Counted from the first letter of the stretch, positions 24,456 through 39,551 are shown. The stretch is DNA of 64,000 nucleotides from Eledone cirrhosa (GCA_964016885.1 OZ024749.1:21452001-21516000), one strand, 5' to 3'. Notes: generated from the letters alone by a model not told the origin. Numbers and translations are program-made.

Positions 24456-26538
24456 ATTAATTTTTTAAATTTTTTCGATTTTTTACATTTTTCGATTTTT
24501 TCATTTTTCGATTTCTACATTTTTCTACTTTTCGATTTTTTTGGATTTTTTCATTCTTTAATTTTTTCAATTTTTTCGATTTTTTCGATTTTTAGAGTTA
24601 GTGTTAGGGTTAGGGTTAGGGCTAGGGTTAATGTTTTTTCGATTTTTCGTTTTTTCGATTTTTTCATTCTTTCATTTTTTTCGAATTTTTTTTTGATTTT
24701 TTCACTTTTTCTATTTTTCGATTTTTTCGATTTTTTCATTTTTTCATTTTCTCAATTTTTTAGCGTTAGGGTTTTGGGTAGGGTTATCGTTAAGGTTAGC
24801 GTTAGGGTTTAGGGTTAGGATTAGGGTTAGGGTTAGTGTTCGTGTTACGGTTATAGTTAGGGTTAGGGGTAGGGGTAAGTTTAGGGTTAGGGTTAGCGTT
24901 AGTGTTAGGGTTAGGGTTATGGTTAGGGGTAGGGTTAGCGTTAAGGTTAGGGTTAGGTTTAGGGTTACGTTTTTTCCTTTTTTCGAATTTTTCATTTTTT
25001 GATTTCGTTGAGGGTTAGGGTTTAGGGTTAATGTTAGGGTTAAAGTTAGGGTTATAGTTAGGGTTACGGTTAGGGGTAGGGTTTGTGTTTAGGGTTAGGG
25101 TTAGGGTTAGGGGTAGGATTAACGTTAATGTTAGTGTTAGGTTTAGATTTAGGGTTATGGTTAGGGTTAAGGTTAGTGTTTAGGGTTAGGGTTAGGGTTA
25201 GGGTTAGGGTTAGCGTTAGGGTTAGGGTTAGGGTTAGGTTTAGATTTAAGGTTTTTTCATTTTTCGGATTTTTTAAATTTTTCGTTTTTTTCGATTTTTT
25301 CGATTTTTTCATTGTTCCCTTTTTGGGATTTTTCGATTTTTTCGATTTTTTCAATTTTTTAGGGTTAGGCTTAGGGGTATGGTTAGGGTTACTGTTTAGG
25401 GTTTAGGGTTTAGGGGTAGGGTTAGGGTTAGGTTTAGGGTTACGGTTAGGGCTCAGTATTTAGGGTTTAGGTTAAGGATTAGTGTGAGGATTAGGGTTAG
25501 GGTTAGTGTTAGTGTTACGGTTATAGTCAGGCTTAGGGTTAGGGTTTATGGTTAGGGTTAGGGTTAGGGGTAGGGTTTGTGTTTAGGGTTTAGGGTTTAG
25601 GGTTAGCGTTAGTGTTAGGGTTACTGTTACGGTTAGGGTTTGTGTTTAGGGTTTAGGGTTTAGGGTTAGCGTTAGGGTGATGGTTAGAGTTAGGTTTTGG
25701 GGTAGAGTTAGCGTTAATGTTAGGGTTAGATTTAGCGTTAGGGTTAGGGTTAGGGTTATGGTTAGGGTTAGGGTTAGGGTTAGGGTAGGATTAGCGTTAA
25801 GGTTAGGGTTAGGGTTAGGGTTAGGGTAGGATTAGCGTTAAGGTTAGGGTTAGTGTTAGGGTTAGGGTTAGGGTTAGGGTTTTTTCGATTTTTCGTTTTT
25901 TCGATTTTTTGATTTTTTCGTTTTTTCGAATTTTTCATTTTTTTCGAATTTTTTTTTTTGATTTTTTCACTTTTTCTATTTTTAGATTTTTTCGATTTCT
26001 TCATTTTTTCAATTTCTCAATTTTTTAGCGTTAGGGTTTTGGGTAGTGTTATCGTTAAGTTTAGGGTTAGGGTTAGGTTTAGCGTCAGGGTTTAGGGTTA
26101 GGATCAGGGTTAGAGTTAGTGTTAGTGTTATGGTTAGAGTTAGGGTTAGGGTTAGGGTTAGGGTTAATGTTTAGGATTTACGGTTTAGGGTTAGGGTTAG
26201 GGGTAGGAGTAAGTTTAGGGTTAGGGTTAGGATTAGGGTTAGCGTTAGGCTTAGGTTTAGGGTTATGGTTAGGGGTAGGGTTAGCGTTAAGGTTAGTGTT
26301 ATGTTTAGAGTTACGTTTTTTCCTTTTTTCGAATTTTTCATTTTTTGATTTCTTCATTTTTTCGACCTTTCGATTTTTTTCGATTTTTTCATTTTTTCAT
26401 TTTTTCGATTTTTGAGGGTTAGGGTTAGGGTTTAGGGTTAGCGTTAGGGTTAGGGTTAGGTTTAGGGGTAGGATTAGCGTTAATGTTAGTGTTAGGGTTA
26501 GATTTAGCATTAGGGTTAGGGTTAGGGTTAGGTTTAGT

Positions 26539-26574
<36 letters not shown>

Positions 26575-29500
26575 GGTTAGTTTTAGGGTTAGTGTTAGGT
26601 TTAGAGTTAAGGTTTTTTCATTTTTTCGATTTTTTCAATTATTCGACTTTTTCGATTTTTTCATTTCATTATAAAAATCTTTTTCGATTTTTTCATTTTT
26701 CCCTTTTTCAATTTTTTCGAATTTTTCAATTTTTTAGAGTTAGGGTTAGGGGTATGGTTAGGGTTACTGTTTAGGGTTTAGGGTTTAGGGTTATGGTTAG
26801 GGTTATGGTTAGGGTTATGGTTAGGGTTTAGGTTAAGGATTAGTGTTAGGATTAGGGTTAGTGTTAGTGTTACGGTTAGAGTCAGTCTTAGGGTTAGGGT
26901 TTAGGGTTAGGGTTAGAGTTAGGGTTACGTTTTTACCTTTTTTCGATTTTTGAGGGTTAGGGTTAGGGTTAGGATTAGGGTTAGGGTTTAGGCTTAGGGT
27001 TTAGGGTTAGGGTTTAGGGTTAGGGTTTATGGTTAGGGTTTAGGGTTAGGGTTAGGGTTTAGGTTTAGGGTTAGAGTTAGGGTTAGGGTTAGGGTTAGTG
27101 TTAGTGTTACGGTTAGTGTTACGGTTAGAGTTAGGGTTTGGGTTAGTGTTAGGGTTTAGGGTTAGGGTTAGGATTAGTGTTAGGGTTACGTTTTTTCCTT
27201 TCTTCGATTTTTTCATTTTTCGATTCACTTTTTCGATTTTTTCATTTCATCATTTATTGATTTTTAAGGGTTAGGGTTAGGGTTAGTGTTAGGGTTAAGG
27301 TTTAGGGTTTAGGCTTAGGGTTTAGGGTTAGGGTTAGGGTTAGGGTTTAGGGTTAGTGTTAGGGTTAAGGTTAGGGTTAGGATTTAGGGTTAGTGTTAGG
27401 GTTAGGGTTAATTTTTTTTTCGATTTCTTCAATTTTTCGATTTTTTAGATTTTTTCATTATTTCAATTTTAAAATTTTTTTTCATTTTTTCATTTTTTCA
27501 TTTTTTCATTTTTTCATTTTTTCATTTTTCCCTTTTTTCAATTTTTTAGCGTTCGGGTTAGGGCTATGGTCAGGGTTAGTGTTTCGGGTTTAGGGTTTAG
27601 GGTTTGGGTTAGGGTTAGGTTTAGTGTTAGGGTTAGGGTTAGGGTTAGTGTTAGTGTTGCGGTTAGAGTTAGGTTTAGGGTTAGGGTTAGGATTACGTTT
27701 TTTCCTTTCGATTTTTTCATTTTTCGATTTCTTCATTTTTTTCGATTTTTTGAATTTTTTAGATTTTTTCATTTTTTCATTTTTTCGACTTTTGAGGGTT
27801 AGGTTTAGGGGTAGGGTTAGGGTTTAGGGTTAGGGTTTAGGGTTAGTGTTAGGGTTTAGGGTTAGTGTTAGGGTTACGGTTAGGGTTAAGATTAGGGTTA
27901 TGGTTAAGTTTAAGGTTAGGGTTAGGGTTAGTGTTTAGGGTTTGGGGTTTAGGGTTAGGGTTAGGGGTAGCGTTAAGTTTACGGTTAGCGTTAGCGTTAG
28001 GGTTAGGGTTAGGCTTAGGGTTAGGGGTAGGGTTAGCGTCAGGGTTAGGGTTATGGTTAGGTTTAGCGTTAGGATTAGGGTTAGGGTTAAGTGTAGGGTT
28101 AAAGTTTTTTCATTTTTTCGATTTTTTCAATTTTTTTAGCGTTAGGGTTAGGGGTATGGTTGGGGTTAGTGTTTAGGGTTTAGGGTTTAGGGTTATGGTT
28201 AGGGTTAGGGTTAGGGTTAGGTTTAGTGTTAGGGTTAGGGTTAGGGTTTAGGATTTAGTGTTTAGGGTTAGGGTTAGGGTTAGGGTTAGGGTTAGGGTTT
28301 AGGGTAAGGGTTAGTGTCAGGGTTAGGTTTTTTTCATTTATTCGATTTTTTCATTTTTCGATTTCTTCATTTTTCTATTTTTCGATTTTTTTTGATTTTT
28401 TCATTCTTTAATTTTTTCAATTTTTTCGATTTTTTTCGATTTTTAGAGTTAGGGTTAGGGTTAGGGTTTTTTCGATATTTCATTTTTTCGATTTTTTGAT
28501 TTTTTGATTTTTTCGAATTTTATTTGATTTTTTCACTTTTTCTATATTTCGATATCCTCATTTTTTCGACTTTTCGATTTTTTTAGATTTTTTCATTTTA
28601 TCTTTTTTACGATTTTTGAGGGTTAGGGTTTAGGTTTAGAGTTTAGGGTTAATGTTAGGGTTAAGGTTAGGGTTATGGTTAGGCTTACGGTTAGGGGTAG
28701 GCTTTGTGTTTAGGGTTTAGGGTTTAGGGTTAGCGTTAGTGTTAGGGTTACGGTTACGGTTAGGGTTAGGGTTTGTGTTTAGGGTTTAGGGTTTAGGGTT
28801 AGCGTTAGGGTTAGGGTTAGGGTTAGGTTTAGGGGTAGGGTTAGCGTTAATGTTAGGGTTAGGGATATATTTAGCGTTAGGGTTAGGGTTAGTGTTATGG
28901 TTAGGGTTAGGGTTAGGGTTACGGTAGGATTAGCGTTAAGGTTAGGGTTAGGGTTAGGTTTAGCGTTAGGGTTAGGGTTAGGGTTAATTTTTTTATTTTT
29001 TCGATTTTTTCAATTTTTCTATTTTTTCATTTTTCGATTTCTTCATTTTTCTATTTTTCGATTTTTTTTGATTTTTTCATTCTTTAATTTTTTCAATTTT
29101 TTTGATTTTTTCGCTTTTTAGAGTTAGGGTTAGGGTTAGGGTTAGGGTTTTTTCGATTTTTCATTTTTTCGATGTTTTGATTTATTCATTTTTTCGAATT
29201 TTATTGTGTGATTTTTTCACTTTTTCTATTTTTCGATATCTTCATTTTTTCGACTTTTCGATTTTTTTAGATTTTTTCATTTTATCTTTTTTACGATTTT
29301 TGAGGGTTAGGGTTTAGGTTTAGGGTTTAGCGTTAATGTTAGGGTTATGGTTAGGGTTATGGTTAGGCTTACGGTTAGGGGTAGGGTTTGTGTTTAGGGT
29401 TTAGGGTTTAGGGTTAGCGTTAGTGTTAGGGTTACGGTTACGGTTAGGGTTAGGGTTTGTGTTTAGGGTTTAGGGTTTAGGGTTAGCGCTAGGGTTAGGG

Positions 29501-31171
29501 TTAGGGTTAGGTTTAGGGGTAGGGTTAGCGTTAATGTTAGGGTTAGGGATATATTTAGCGTTAGGGTTAGGATTAGTGTTATGGTTAGGGTTAGGGTTAC
29601 GGTAGGATTAGCGTTAAGGTTAGGGTTATGGTTAGGTTTAGCGTTAGGGTTAGGGTTAGGGTTAATTTTTTTTATTTTTTCGATTTTTTCAATTTTTCGA
29701 TTTTTTCATTTTTCGATTTCTTCATTTTTCTATTTTTCGATTTTTTTTGGATTTTTTCATTCTTTAATTTTTTCAATTTTTTCGATTTTTTCGATCTTTA
29801 GAGTTAGTGTTAGGGTTAGGGTTAGGTTTAGGTTTTTTTCGATTTTTCATTTTTAAGATTTTTTCATTTTTTCATTTTTTCGAATTTTTCATTTTTTGCG
29901 AATTTTTTTTTTTGATTTTTTCATTTTTTCAATTTCTCAATTTTTTAGCGTTAGGGTTTTGGGTAGGGTTATCGTTAAGTTTAGGGTTAGGGTTAGGGTT
30001 AGCGTCAGGGTTTAGGGTTAGGATTAGGGTTAGGGTTAGTGTTAGTGTTACAGTTAGAGTTAGGGTTAGGGTTAGGGTTAGAGGTAGGGGTAAGTTTAGG
30101 GTTAGGGTTAGGATTAGGCTTAGCGTTAGGGTTAGGTTTAGGGTTATGGTTAGGGGTAGGGTTAGCGTTAAGGTTAGTGTTAGGTTTAGGGTTACGTTTT
30201 TTCCTTTTTTCGAATTTTTCATTTTTTGATTTCTTCAATTTTTCGACTTCGATTTTTTTAGATTTTTTCATTTTTTCATTTTTTCGATTTTTGAGGGTTA
30301 GGGTTTAGGGTTTAGGGTTAATGTTAGGGTTAAGGTTAGGGTTATGGTTAGGGTTACGGTTATGGGTAGGGTTTGTGTTTAGGGTTTAGGGTTTAGGGTT
30401 AGCGTTAGGGTTAGGGTTAGGGTTAGGGGTAGGATTAGCGTTAATGTTAGGGTTATGGTTAGATTTAGCGTTAGGGTTAGGGTTAGGGTTAGGTTTAGTG
30501 TTAGGGTTAGAGTTTAGGGTTAGGGTTAGGGTTAGGGTTAGCGTTAGGGTTAGGGTTAGCGTTAGGGGTTGGGTTAGCGTTAATGTTAGGGTTAGGGTTA
30601 GGTTTAGCGTTAGGGTTAGTTTTAGGGTTAGTGTTAGTATTATAGTTAAGGTTTTTTCATTTTTTCCATTCTTTCAATTTTTCGACTTTTTCGATTTTTT
30701 CATTTCATTATAAAAAATTTTTTCGATTTTTTCATTTTTCCCTTCTTGAAATTTTTCGATTTTTTCGATTTTTTCAATTTTTTCGAGTTAGGGTTAGGGG
30801 TATGGTTAGGGTTACTGTTTAGGGTTTAGGGTTTAGGGTTATGGTTAGGGTTAGGGTTAGGGTTACGGTTAGGGTTTAGTATTTAGGGTTTAGGTTAAGG
30901 ATTAGTGTTAGGATTAGGGTTAGGGTTAGTGTTAGTGTTACGGTTAGAGTCAGGCTTAGGGTTAGGGTTTAGGGTTAGGGTTAGAGTTAGGGTTACGTTT
31001 TTTCCTTTTTTCGATTTTTTCATTTTTCGATTTCTTTATTTTGTCGATTTTTCGATTTTTTTCGATTTTTTTATTTTTTCATTTTTTTCGATTTTTGAGG
31101 GTTAGGGTTAGGGTTAGGATTAGGGTTAGGGTTTAGGCTTAGGGTTTAGGGTTAGGGTTTAGGGTTAGGGT

Positions 31172-31204
<33 letters not shown>

Positions 31205-32674
31205 TAGGTTTAGTGTTAGATTTAGGGTTAGGGTTAGGGTTAGTGTTAGTATTACGGTTAGTGTTACGGTTAGAGTTAGGGTTTGCGTTAGGGTTAGGAT
31301 TTAGGGTTAGGGTTAGGATTAGTGTTAGGGTTACGTTTTTTCCTTTCTTCGATTTTCTCATTTTTCGATTCACTTTTTCGATTTTTCGAATTTTTCGATT
31401 TTTTCATTTTATCATTTATTGATTTTTGAGGGTTAGGGTTAGGGTTAGTGTTAGGGTTTAGGGTTAGGGTTTAGGCTTAGGGTTTAGGGTTAGGGTTAGG
31501 GTTAGGGTTTAGGGTTAGTGTTAGGGTTAAGGTTTGGGTTAGGATTTAGGGTTAGTGTTAGGGTTAGGGTTAATTTTTTTCTTCGATTTCTTCAATTTTT
31601 CGATTTTTTAGATTTTTTCATGATTTCAATTTTAAAATTTTTTTTCATTTTTTCATTTTTTCATTTTTTCATTTTTTCATTTTTTCATTTTTTCATTTTT
31701 TCATTTTTCCCTTTTTTCAATTTTTTAGCGTTCGGGTTAGGGCTATGGTCAGGGTTAGTGTTTCGGGTTTAGGGTTTAGGGTTTGGGTTAGGTTTAGGTT
31801 TAGTGTTAGGGTTAGGGTTAGGGTAAGGGTTAGGGTTTAGGAATTAGGGTTTAGGTTCAGGGTTAGGGTTAGTGTTAGTGTTGCGGTTAGAGTTAGGTTT
31901 AGGGTTAGGGTTAGGATTACGTTTTTTCCTTTCGATTTTTTCATTTTTCGATTTCTTCATTTTTTTCGATTTTTCGAATTTTTTAGATTTTTTCATTTTT
32001 TAATTTTTTTGATTTTTGAGGGTTAGGTTTAGGGGTAGGGTTAGGGTTTAGGGTTAGGGTTTAGGGTAAGTGTTAGGGTTTAGGGTTAGTGTTAGGGTTA
32101 AGGTTAGGGTTAAGATTAGTTTTATGGTTAAGTTTATGGTTAGGGTTAGGGTTAGTGTTTAGGGTTTTGGGTTTAGGGTTGGGGTTAGGGGTAGCGTTAA
32201 GTTTACGGTTAGGGTTAGGGGTATGGTTGGAGTTAGTGTTTAGGGTTTAGGGTTTAGGGTTATGGTTAGGGTTAGGGTTAGGTTTAGTGTTAGGGTTAGG
32301 GCTAGGGTTTAGGATTTAGTGTTTAGGGTTAGGGTTAGGGTTAAGGTTAGGGTTAGTGTTAGGGTTAGGGTTAGGGTTAGGGTTTTTTCGATTTTTCATT
32401 TTTTCGATTTTTTGATTTATTCATTTTTTCGAATTTTATTGTTTGATTTTTTCACTTTTTCTATTTTTCGATATCTTCATTTTTTCGAATTTTCGATTTT
32501 TTTAGATTTTTTCATTTTATCTTTTTTACGATTTTTGAGGGTTAGGGTTTAGGTTTAGGGTTTAGGGTTAATGTTAGGGTTATGGTTAGGGTTATGGTTA
32601 GGCTTACGGTTAGGGGTAGGGTTTGTGTTTAGGGTTTAGGGTTTAGGGTTAGCGTTAGTGTTAGGGTTAGGTTT
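23611..32674 (+). repeat. ~9.06 kb higher-order repeat, copy 3 (9,064 bp)
   Basis: Markers gggaaaggg (24006), gggctcag (~25450), ggtgatgg (~25677) and gggatatattt (~28862, ~29546) occur in the same order as in the other copies. Confidence 0.94.
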
Positions 32675-33478
32675 AGATTTAGCGTTAGGGTTAGGGTTAG
32701 GGTTATTGTTAGGGTTAGGTTTAGTGTTAGGGTTAGGGTTTATGGTTAGGGTTAGGGTTAGGGTTAGGGTTAGCGTTAGTGTTAGGTTTACGGTTATGGT
32801 TAGGGGTAGGGTTTGTGTTTAGGGTTAGGGTTAGGGTTAGGGTTAGGGTTAGGGGTAGGGTTAGCGTTAATGTTAGGGTTAGGGTTAGATTTAGCGTTAG
32901 GGTTAGGGTTAGGTTTAGGGTTAGGGTTAGGTTTAGTGTTAGGGTTAGGGTTTAGTGTTATGGTTAGGGTTAGGGTTAGCGTTAGGGTTAGTTGTAGGAT
33001 TAGCGTTAAGGTTAGGGTTAGGTTTAGCGTTAGTGTTACGGTTAGAGTTAGGGTTAGGGTTTAGGGAAAGGGTTAGGGTTAGGGTTAGGGTGAGGTTTTA
33101 TTCATTTTTTCTATTTTTTCATTTTTCGATTTCTTCATTTTTCTATTTTTCGATTTTTTTGATTTTTTCATTCTTTCATTTTTTCAACTTTTTCTATTTT
33201 TTCGATTTTTAGGGTTAGGGTTAGGGTAAGGGTTAGTGTTAGGGTTAGGGTTTTTTCGATTTTTGATTTTTTCGATTTTTTGATTTTTTCATTTATTCGA
33301 ATTTTTCATTTTTTTCGAATTTTATATTTTTTTGATTTTTTCACTTTTTCTATTTTTCGATTTTTTTCGAGTTTTCGATTTTTTCGATTCTTTCATTTTT
33401 TCATTTTCTCAATTTTTTAGCGTTAGGGTTTGGGGTTAGGATTAGGTTTAGGGTTAGTGTTATTGTTACGGTTGGAGA

Positions 33479-33513
<35 letters not shown>

Positions 33514-35606
33514 ATTAATTTTTTTAATTTTTTCGATTTTTTAAATTTTTCGATTTTTTCATTTTTCGATTTCTACATTTTTCTACTTTTCGATTTTTTT
33601 GGATTTTTTCATTCTTTAATTTTTTCAATTTTTTCGATTTTTTCGATTTTTAGAGTTAGTGTTAGGGTTAGGGTTAGGGCTAGGGTTAATGTTTTTTCGA
33701 TTTTTCGTTTTTTCGATTTTTTCATTCTTTCATTTTTTTCGAATTTTTTTTTGATTTTTTCACTTTTTCTATTTTTCGATTTTTTCGATTTTTTCATTTT
33801 TTCATTTTCTCAATTTTTTAGCGTTAGGGTTTTGGGTAGGGTTATCGTTAAGGTTAGCGTTAGGGTTTAGGGTTAGGATTAGGGTTAGGGTTAGTGTTCG
33901 TGTTACGGTTATAGTTAGGGTTAGGGGTAGGGGTAAGTTTAGGGTTAGGGTTAGGGTTAGCGTTAGTGTTAGGGTTAGGGTTATGGTTAGGGGTAGGGTT
34001 AGCGTTAAGGTTAGGGTTAGGTTTAGGGTTACGTTTTTTCCTTTTTTCGAATTTTTCATTTTTTGATTTCGTTGAGGGTTAGGGTTTAGGGTTAATGTTA
34101 GGGTTAAAGTTAGGGTTATAGTTAGGGTTACGGTTAGGGGTAGGGTTTGTGTTTAGGGTTAGGGTTAGGGTTAGGGGTAGGATTAACGTTAATGTTAGTG
34201 TTAGGTTTAGATTTAGGGTTATGGTTAGGGTTAAGGTTAGTGTTTAGGGTTAGGGTTAGGGTTAGGGTTAGGGTTAGCGTTAGGGTTAGGGTTAGGGTTA
34301 GGTTTAGATTTAAGGTTTTTTCATTTTTCGGATTTTTAAAATTTTTCGTTTTTTTCGATTTTTTCGATTTTTTCATTGTTCCCTTTTTGGGATTTTTCGA
34401 TTTTTTTCGATTTTTTCAATTTTTTAGGGTTAGGCTTAGGGGTATGGTTAGGGTTACTGTTTAGGGTTTAGGGTTTAGGGGTAGGGTTAGGGTTAGGTTT
34501 AGGGTTACGGTTAGGGCTCAGTATTTAGGGTTTAGGTTAAGGATTAGTGTGAGGATTAGGGTTAGGGTTAGTGTTAGTGTTACGGTTATAGTCAGGCTTA
34601 GGGTTAGGGTTTATGGTTAGGGTTAGGGTTAGGGGTAGGGTTTGTGTTTAGGGTTTAGGGTTTAGGGTTAGCGTTAGTGTTAGGGTTACTGTTACGGTTA
34701 GGGTTTGTGTTTAGGGTTTAGGGTTTAGGGTTAGCGTTAGGGTGATGGTTAGAGTTAGGTTTTGGGGTAGGGTTAGCGTTAATGTTAGGGTTAGATTTAG
34801 CGTTAGGGTTAGGGTTAGGGTTATGGTTAGGGTTAGGGTTAGGGTTAGGGTAGGATTAGCGTTAAGGTTAGGGTTAGGGTTAGGGTTAGGGTAGGATTAG
34901 CGTTAAGGTTAGGGTTAGTGTTAGGGTTAGGGTTAGGGTTAGGGTTTTTTCGATTTTTCGTTTTTTCGATTTTTTGATTTTTTCGTTTTTTCGAATTTTT
35001 CATTTTTTTCGAATTTTTTATTTTGATTTTTTCACTTTTTCTATTTTTAGATTTTTTCGATTTCTTCATTTTTTCAATTTCTCAATTTTTTAGCGTTAGG
35101 GTTTTGGGTAGTGTTATCGTTAAGTTTAGGGTTAGGGTTAGGTTTAGCGTCAGGGTTTAGGGTTAGGATCAGGGTTAGAGTTAGTGTTAGTGTTATGGTT
35201 AGAGTTAGGGTTAGGGTTAGGGTTAGGGTTAATGTTTAGGATTTACGGTTTAGGGTTAGGGTTAGGGGTAGGAGTAAGTTTAGGGTTAGGGTTAGGATTA
35301 GGGTTAGCGTTAGGCTTAGGTTTAGGGTTATGGTTAGGGGTAGGGTTAGCGTTAAGGTTAGTGTTATGTTTAGAGTTACGTTTTTTCCTTTTTTCGAATT
35401 TTTCATTTTTTGATTTCTTCATTTTTTCGACCTTTCGATTTTTTTCGATTTTTTCATTTTTTCATTTTTTCGATTTTTGAGGGTTAGGGTTAGGGTTTAG
35501 GGTTAGCGTTAGGGTTAGGGTTAGGTTTAGGGTAGGATTAGCGTTAATGTTAGTGTTAAGGTTAGATTTAGCATTAGGGTTAGGGTTAGGGTTAGGTTTA
35601 GTGTTA

Positions 35607-35637
<31 letters not shown>

Positions 35638-38600
35638 GGTTAGTTTTAGGGTTAGTGTTAGGTTTAGAGTTAAGGTTTTTTCATTTTTTCGATTTTTTCA
35701 ATTATTCGACTTTTTCGATTTTTTCATTTCATTATAAAAATCTTTTTCGATTTTTTCATTTTTCCCTTTTTCAATTTTTTCGAATTTTTCAATTTTTTAG
35801 AGTTAGGGTTAGGGGTATGGTTAGGGTTACTGTTTAGGGTTTAGGGTTTAGGGTTATGGTTAGGGTTATGGTTAGGGTTATGGTTAGGGTTTAGGTTAAG
35901 GATTAGTGTTAGGATTAGGGTTAGTGTTAGTGTTACGGTTAGAGTCAGTCTTAGGGTTAGGGTTTAGGGTTAGGGTTAGAGTTAGGGTTACGTTTTTACC
36001 TTTTTTCGATTTTTGAGGGTTAGGGTTAGGGTTAGGATTAGGGTTAGGGTTTAGGCTTAGGGTTTAGGGTTAGGGTTTAGGGTTAGGGTTTATGGTTAGG
36101 GTTTAGGGTTAGGGTTAGGGTTTAGGTTTAGGGTTAGAGTTAGGGTTAGGGTTAGGGTTAGTGTTAGTGTTACGGTTAGTGTTACGGTTAGAGTTAGGGT
36201 TTGGGTTAGTGTTAGGGTTTAGGGTTAGGGTTAGGATTAATGTTAGGGTTACGTTTTTTCCTTTCTTCGATTTTTTCATTTTTCGATTCACTTTTTCGAT
36301 TTTTTCATTTCATCATTTATTGATTTTTAAGGGTTAGGGTTAGGGTTAGTGTTAGGGTTAAGGTTTAGGGTTTAGGCTTAGGGTTTAGGGTTAGGGTTAG
36401 GGTTAGGGTTTAGGGTTAGTGTTAGGGTTAAGGTTAGGGTTAGGATTTAGGGTTAGTGTTAGGGTTAGGGTTAATTTTTTTTTCGATTTCTTCAATTTTT
36501 CGATTTTTTAGATTTTTTCATTATTTCAATTTTAAAATTTTTTTTCATTTTTTCATTTTTTCATTTTTTCATTTTTTCATTTTTTCATTTTTCCCTTTTT
36601 TCAATTTTTTAGCGTTCGGGTTAGGGCTATGGTCAGGGTTAGTGTTTCGGGTTTAGGGTTTAGGGTTTGGGTTAGGGTTAGGTTTAGTGTTAGGGTTAGG
36701 GTTAGGGTTAGTGTTAGTGTTGCGGTTAGAGTTAGGTTTAGGGTTAGGGTTAGGATTACGTTTTTTCCTTTCGATTTTTTCATTTTTCGATTTCTTCATT
36801 TTTTTCGATTTTTCGAATTTTTTAGATTTTTTCATTTTTTCATTTTTTCGACTTTTGAGGGTTAGGTTTAGGGGTAGGGTTAGGGTTTAGGGTTAGGGTT
36901 TAGGGTTAGTGTTAGGGTTTAGGGTTAGTGTTAGGGTTACGGTTAGGGTTAAGATTAGGGTTATGGTTAAGTTTAAGGTTAGGGTTAGGGTTAGTGTTTA
37001 GGGTTTGGGGTTTAGGGTTAGGGTTAGGGGTAGCGTTAAGTTTACGGTTAGCGTTAGCGTTAGGGTTAGGGTTAGGCTTAGGGTTAGGGGTAGGGTTAGC
37101 GTCAGGGTTAGGGTTATGGTTAGGTTTAGCGTTAGGATTAGGGTTAGGGTTAAGTGTAGGGTTAAAGTTTTTTCATTTTTTCGATTTTTTCAATTTTTTT
37201 AGCGTTAGGGTTAGGGGTATGGTTGGGGTTAGTGTTTAGGGTTTAGGGTTTAGGGTTATGGTTAGGGTTAGGGTTAGGGTTAGGTTTAGTGTTAGGGTTA
37301 GGGTTAGGGTTTAGGATTTAGCGTTTAGGGTTAGGGTTAGGGTTAGGGTTAGGGTTTAGGGTAAGGGTTAGTGTCAGGGTTAGGTTTTTTTCATTTATTC
37401 GATTTTTTCATTTTTCGATTTCTTCATTTTTCTATTTTTCGATTTTTTTTGATTTTTAGAGTTAGGGTTAGGGTTAGGGTTTTTTCGATATTTCATTTTT
37501 TCGATTTTTTGATTTTTTGATTTTTTCGAATTTTATTGTTTGATTTTTTCACTTTTTCTATATTTCGATATCCTCATTTTTTCGACTTTTCGATTTTTTT
37601 AGATTTTTTCATTTTATCTTTTTTACGATTTTTGAGGGTTAGGGTTTAGGTTTAGAGTTTAGGGTTAATGTTAGGGTTAAGGTTAGGGTTATGGTTAGGC
37701 TTACGGTTAGGGGTAGGCTTTGTGTTTAGGGTTTAGGGTTTAGGGTTGCCGTTAGTGTTAGGGTTACGGTTACGGTTAGGGTTAGGGTTTGTGTTTAGGG
37801 TTTAGGGTTTAGGGTTAGCGTTAGGGTTAGGGTTAGGGTTAGGTTTAGGGGTAGGGTTAGCGTTAATGTTAGGGTTAGGGATATATTTAGCGTTAGGGTT
37901 AGGGTTAGTGTTATGGTTAGGGTTAGGGTTACGGTTACGGTAGGATTAGCGTTAAGGTTAGGGTTAGGGTTAGGTTTAGCGTTAGGGTTAGGGTTAGGGT
38001 TAATTTTTTTATTTTTTCGATTTTTTCAATTTTTCTATTTTTTCATTTTTCGATTTCTTCATTTTTCTATTTTTCGATTTTTTTTGATTTTTTCATTCTT
38101 TAATTTTTTCAATTTTTTCGATTTTTTCGCTTTTTAGAGTTAGGGTTAGGGTTAGGGTTAGGGTTTTTTCGATTTTTCATTTTTTCGATTTTTTGATTTA
38201 TTCATTTTTTCGAATTTTATTGTGTGATTTTTTCACTTTTTCTATTTTTCGATATCTTCATTTTTTCGACTTTTCGATTTTTTTAGATTTTTTCATTTTA
38301 TCTTTTTTACGATTTTTGAGGGTTAGGGTTTAGGTTTAGGGTTTAGCGTTAATGTTAGGGTTATGGTTAGGGTTATGGTTAGGCTTACGGTTAGGGGTAG
38401 GGTTTGTGTTTAGGGTTTAGGGTTTAGGGTTAGCGTTAGTTTTAGGGTTACGGTTACGGTTAGGGTTAGGGTTTGTGTTTAGGGTTTAGGGTTTAGGGTT
38501 AGCGCTAGGGTTAGGGTTAGGGTTAGGTTTAGGGGTAGGGTTAGCGTTAATGTTAGGGTTAGGGATATATTTAGCGTTAGGGTTAGGATTAGTGTTATGG

Positions 38601-39515
38601 TTAGGGTTAGGGTTACGGTAGGATTAGCGTTAAGGTTAGGGTTATGGTTAGGTTTAGCGTTAGGGTTAGGGTTAGGGTTAATTTTTTTTATTTTTTCGAT
38701 TTTTTCAATTTTTCGATTTTTTCATTTTTCGATTTCTTCATTTTTCTATTTTTCGATTTTTTTTGGATTTTTTCATTCTTTAATTTTTTCAATTTTTTCG
38801 ATTTTTTCGATCTTTAGAGTTAGTGTTAGGGTTAGGGTTAGGTTTAGGTTTTTTTCGATTTTTCATTTTTAAGATTTTTTCATTTTTTCATTTTTTCGAA
38901 TTTTTCATTTTTTGCGAATTTTTTTTTTTGATTTTTTCATTTTTTCAATTTCTCAATTTTTTAGCGTTAGGGTTTTGGGTAGGGTTATCGTTAAGTTTAG
39001 GGTTAGGGTTAGGGTTAGCGTCAGGGTTTAGGGTTAGGATTAGGGTTAGGGTTAGTGTTAGTGTTACAGTTAGAGTTAGGGTTAGGGTTAGGGTTAGAGG
39101 TAGGGGTAAGTTTAGGGTTAGGGTTAGGATTAGGCTTAGCGTTAGGGTTAGGTTTAGGGTTATGGTTAGGGGTAGGGTTAGCGTTAAGGTTAGTGTTAGG
39201 TTTAGGGTTACGTTTTTTCCTTTTTTCGAATTTTTCATTTTTTGATTTCTTCAATTTTTCGACTTCGATTTTTTTAGATTTTTTCATTTTTTCATTTTTT
39301 CGATTTTTGAGGGTTAGGGTTTAGGGTTTAGGGTTAATGTTAGGGTTAAGGTTAGGGTTATGGTTAGGGTTACGGTTATGGGTAGGGTTTGTGTTTAGGG
39401 TTTAGGGTTTAGGGTTAGCGTTAGGGTTAGGGTTAGGGTTAGGGGTAGGATTAGCGTTAATGTTAGGGTTATGGTTAGATTTAGCGTTAGGGTTAGGGTT
39501 AGGGTTAGGTTTAGT

Positions 39516-39551
<36 letters not shown>
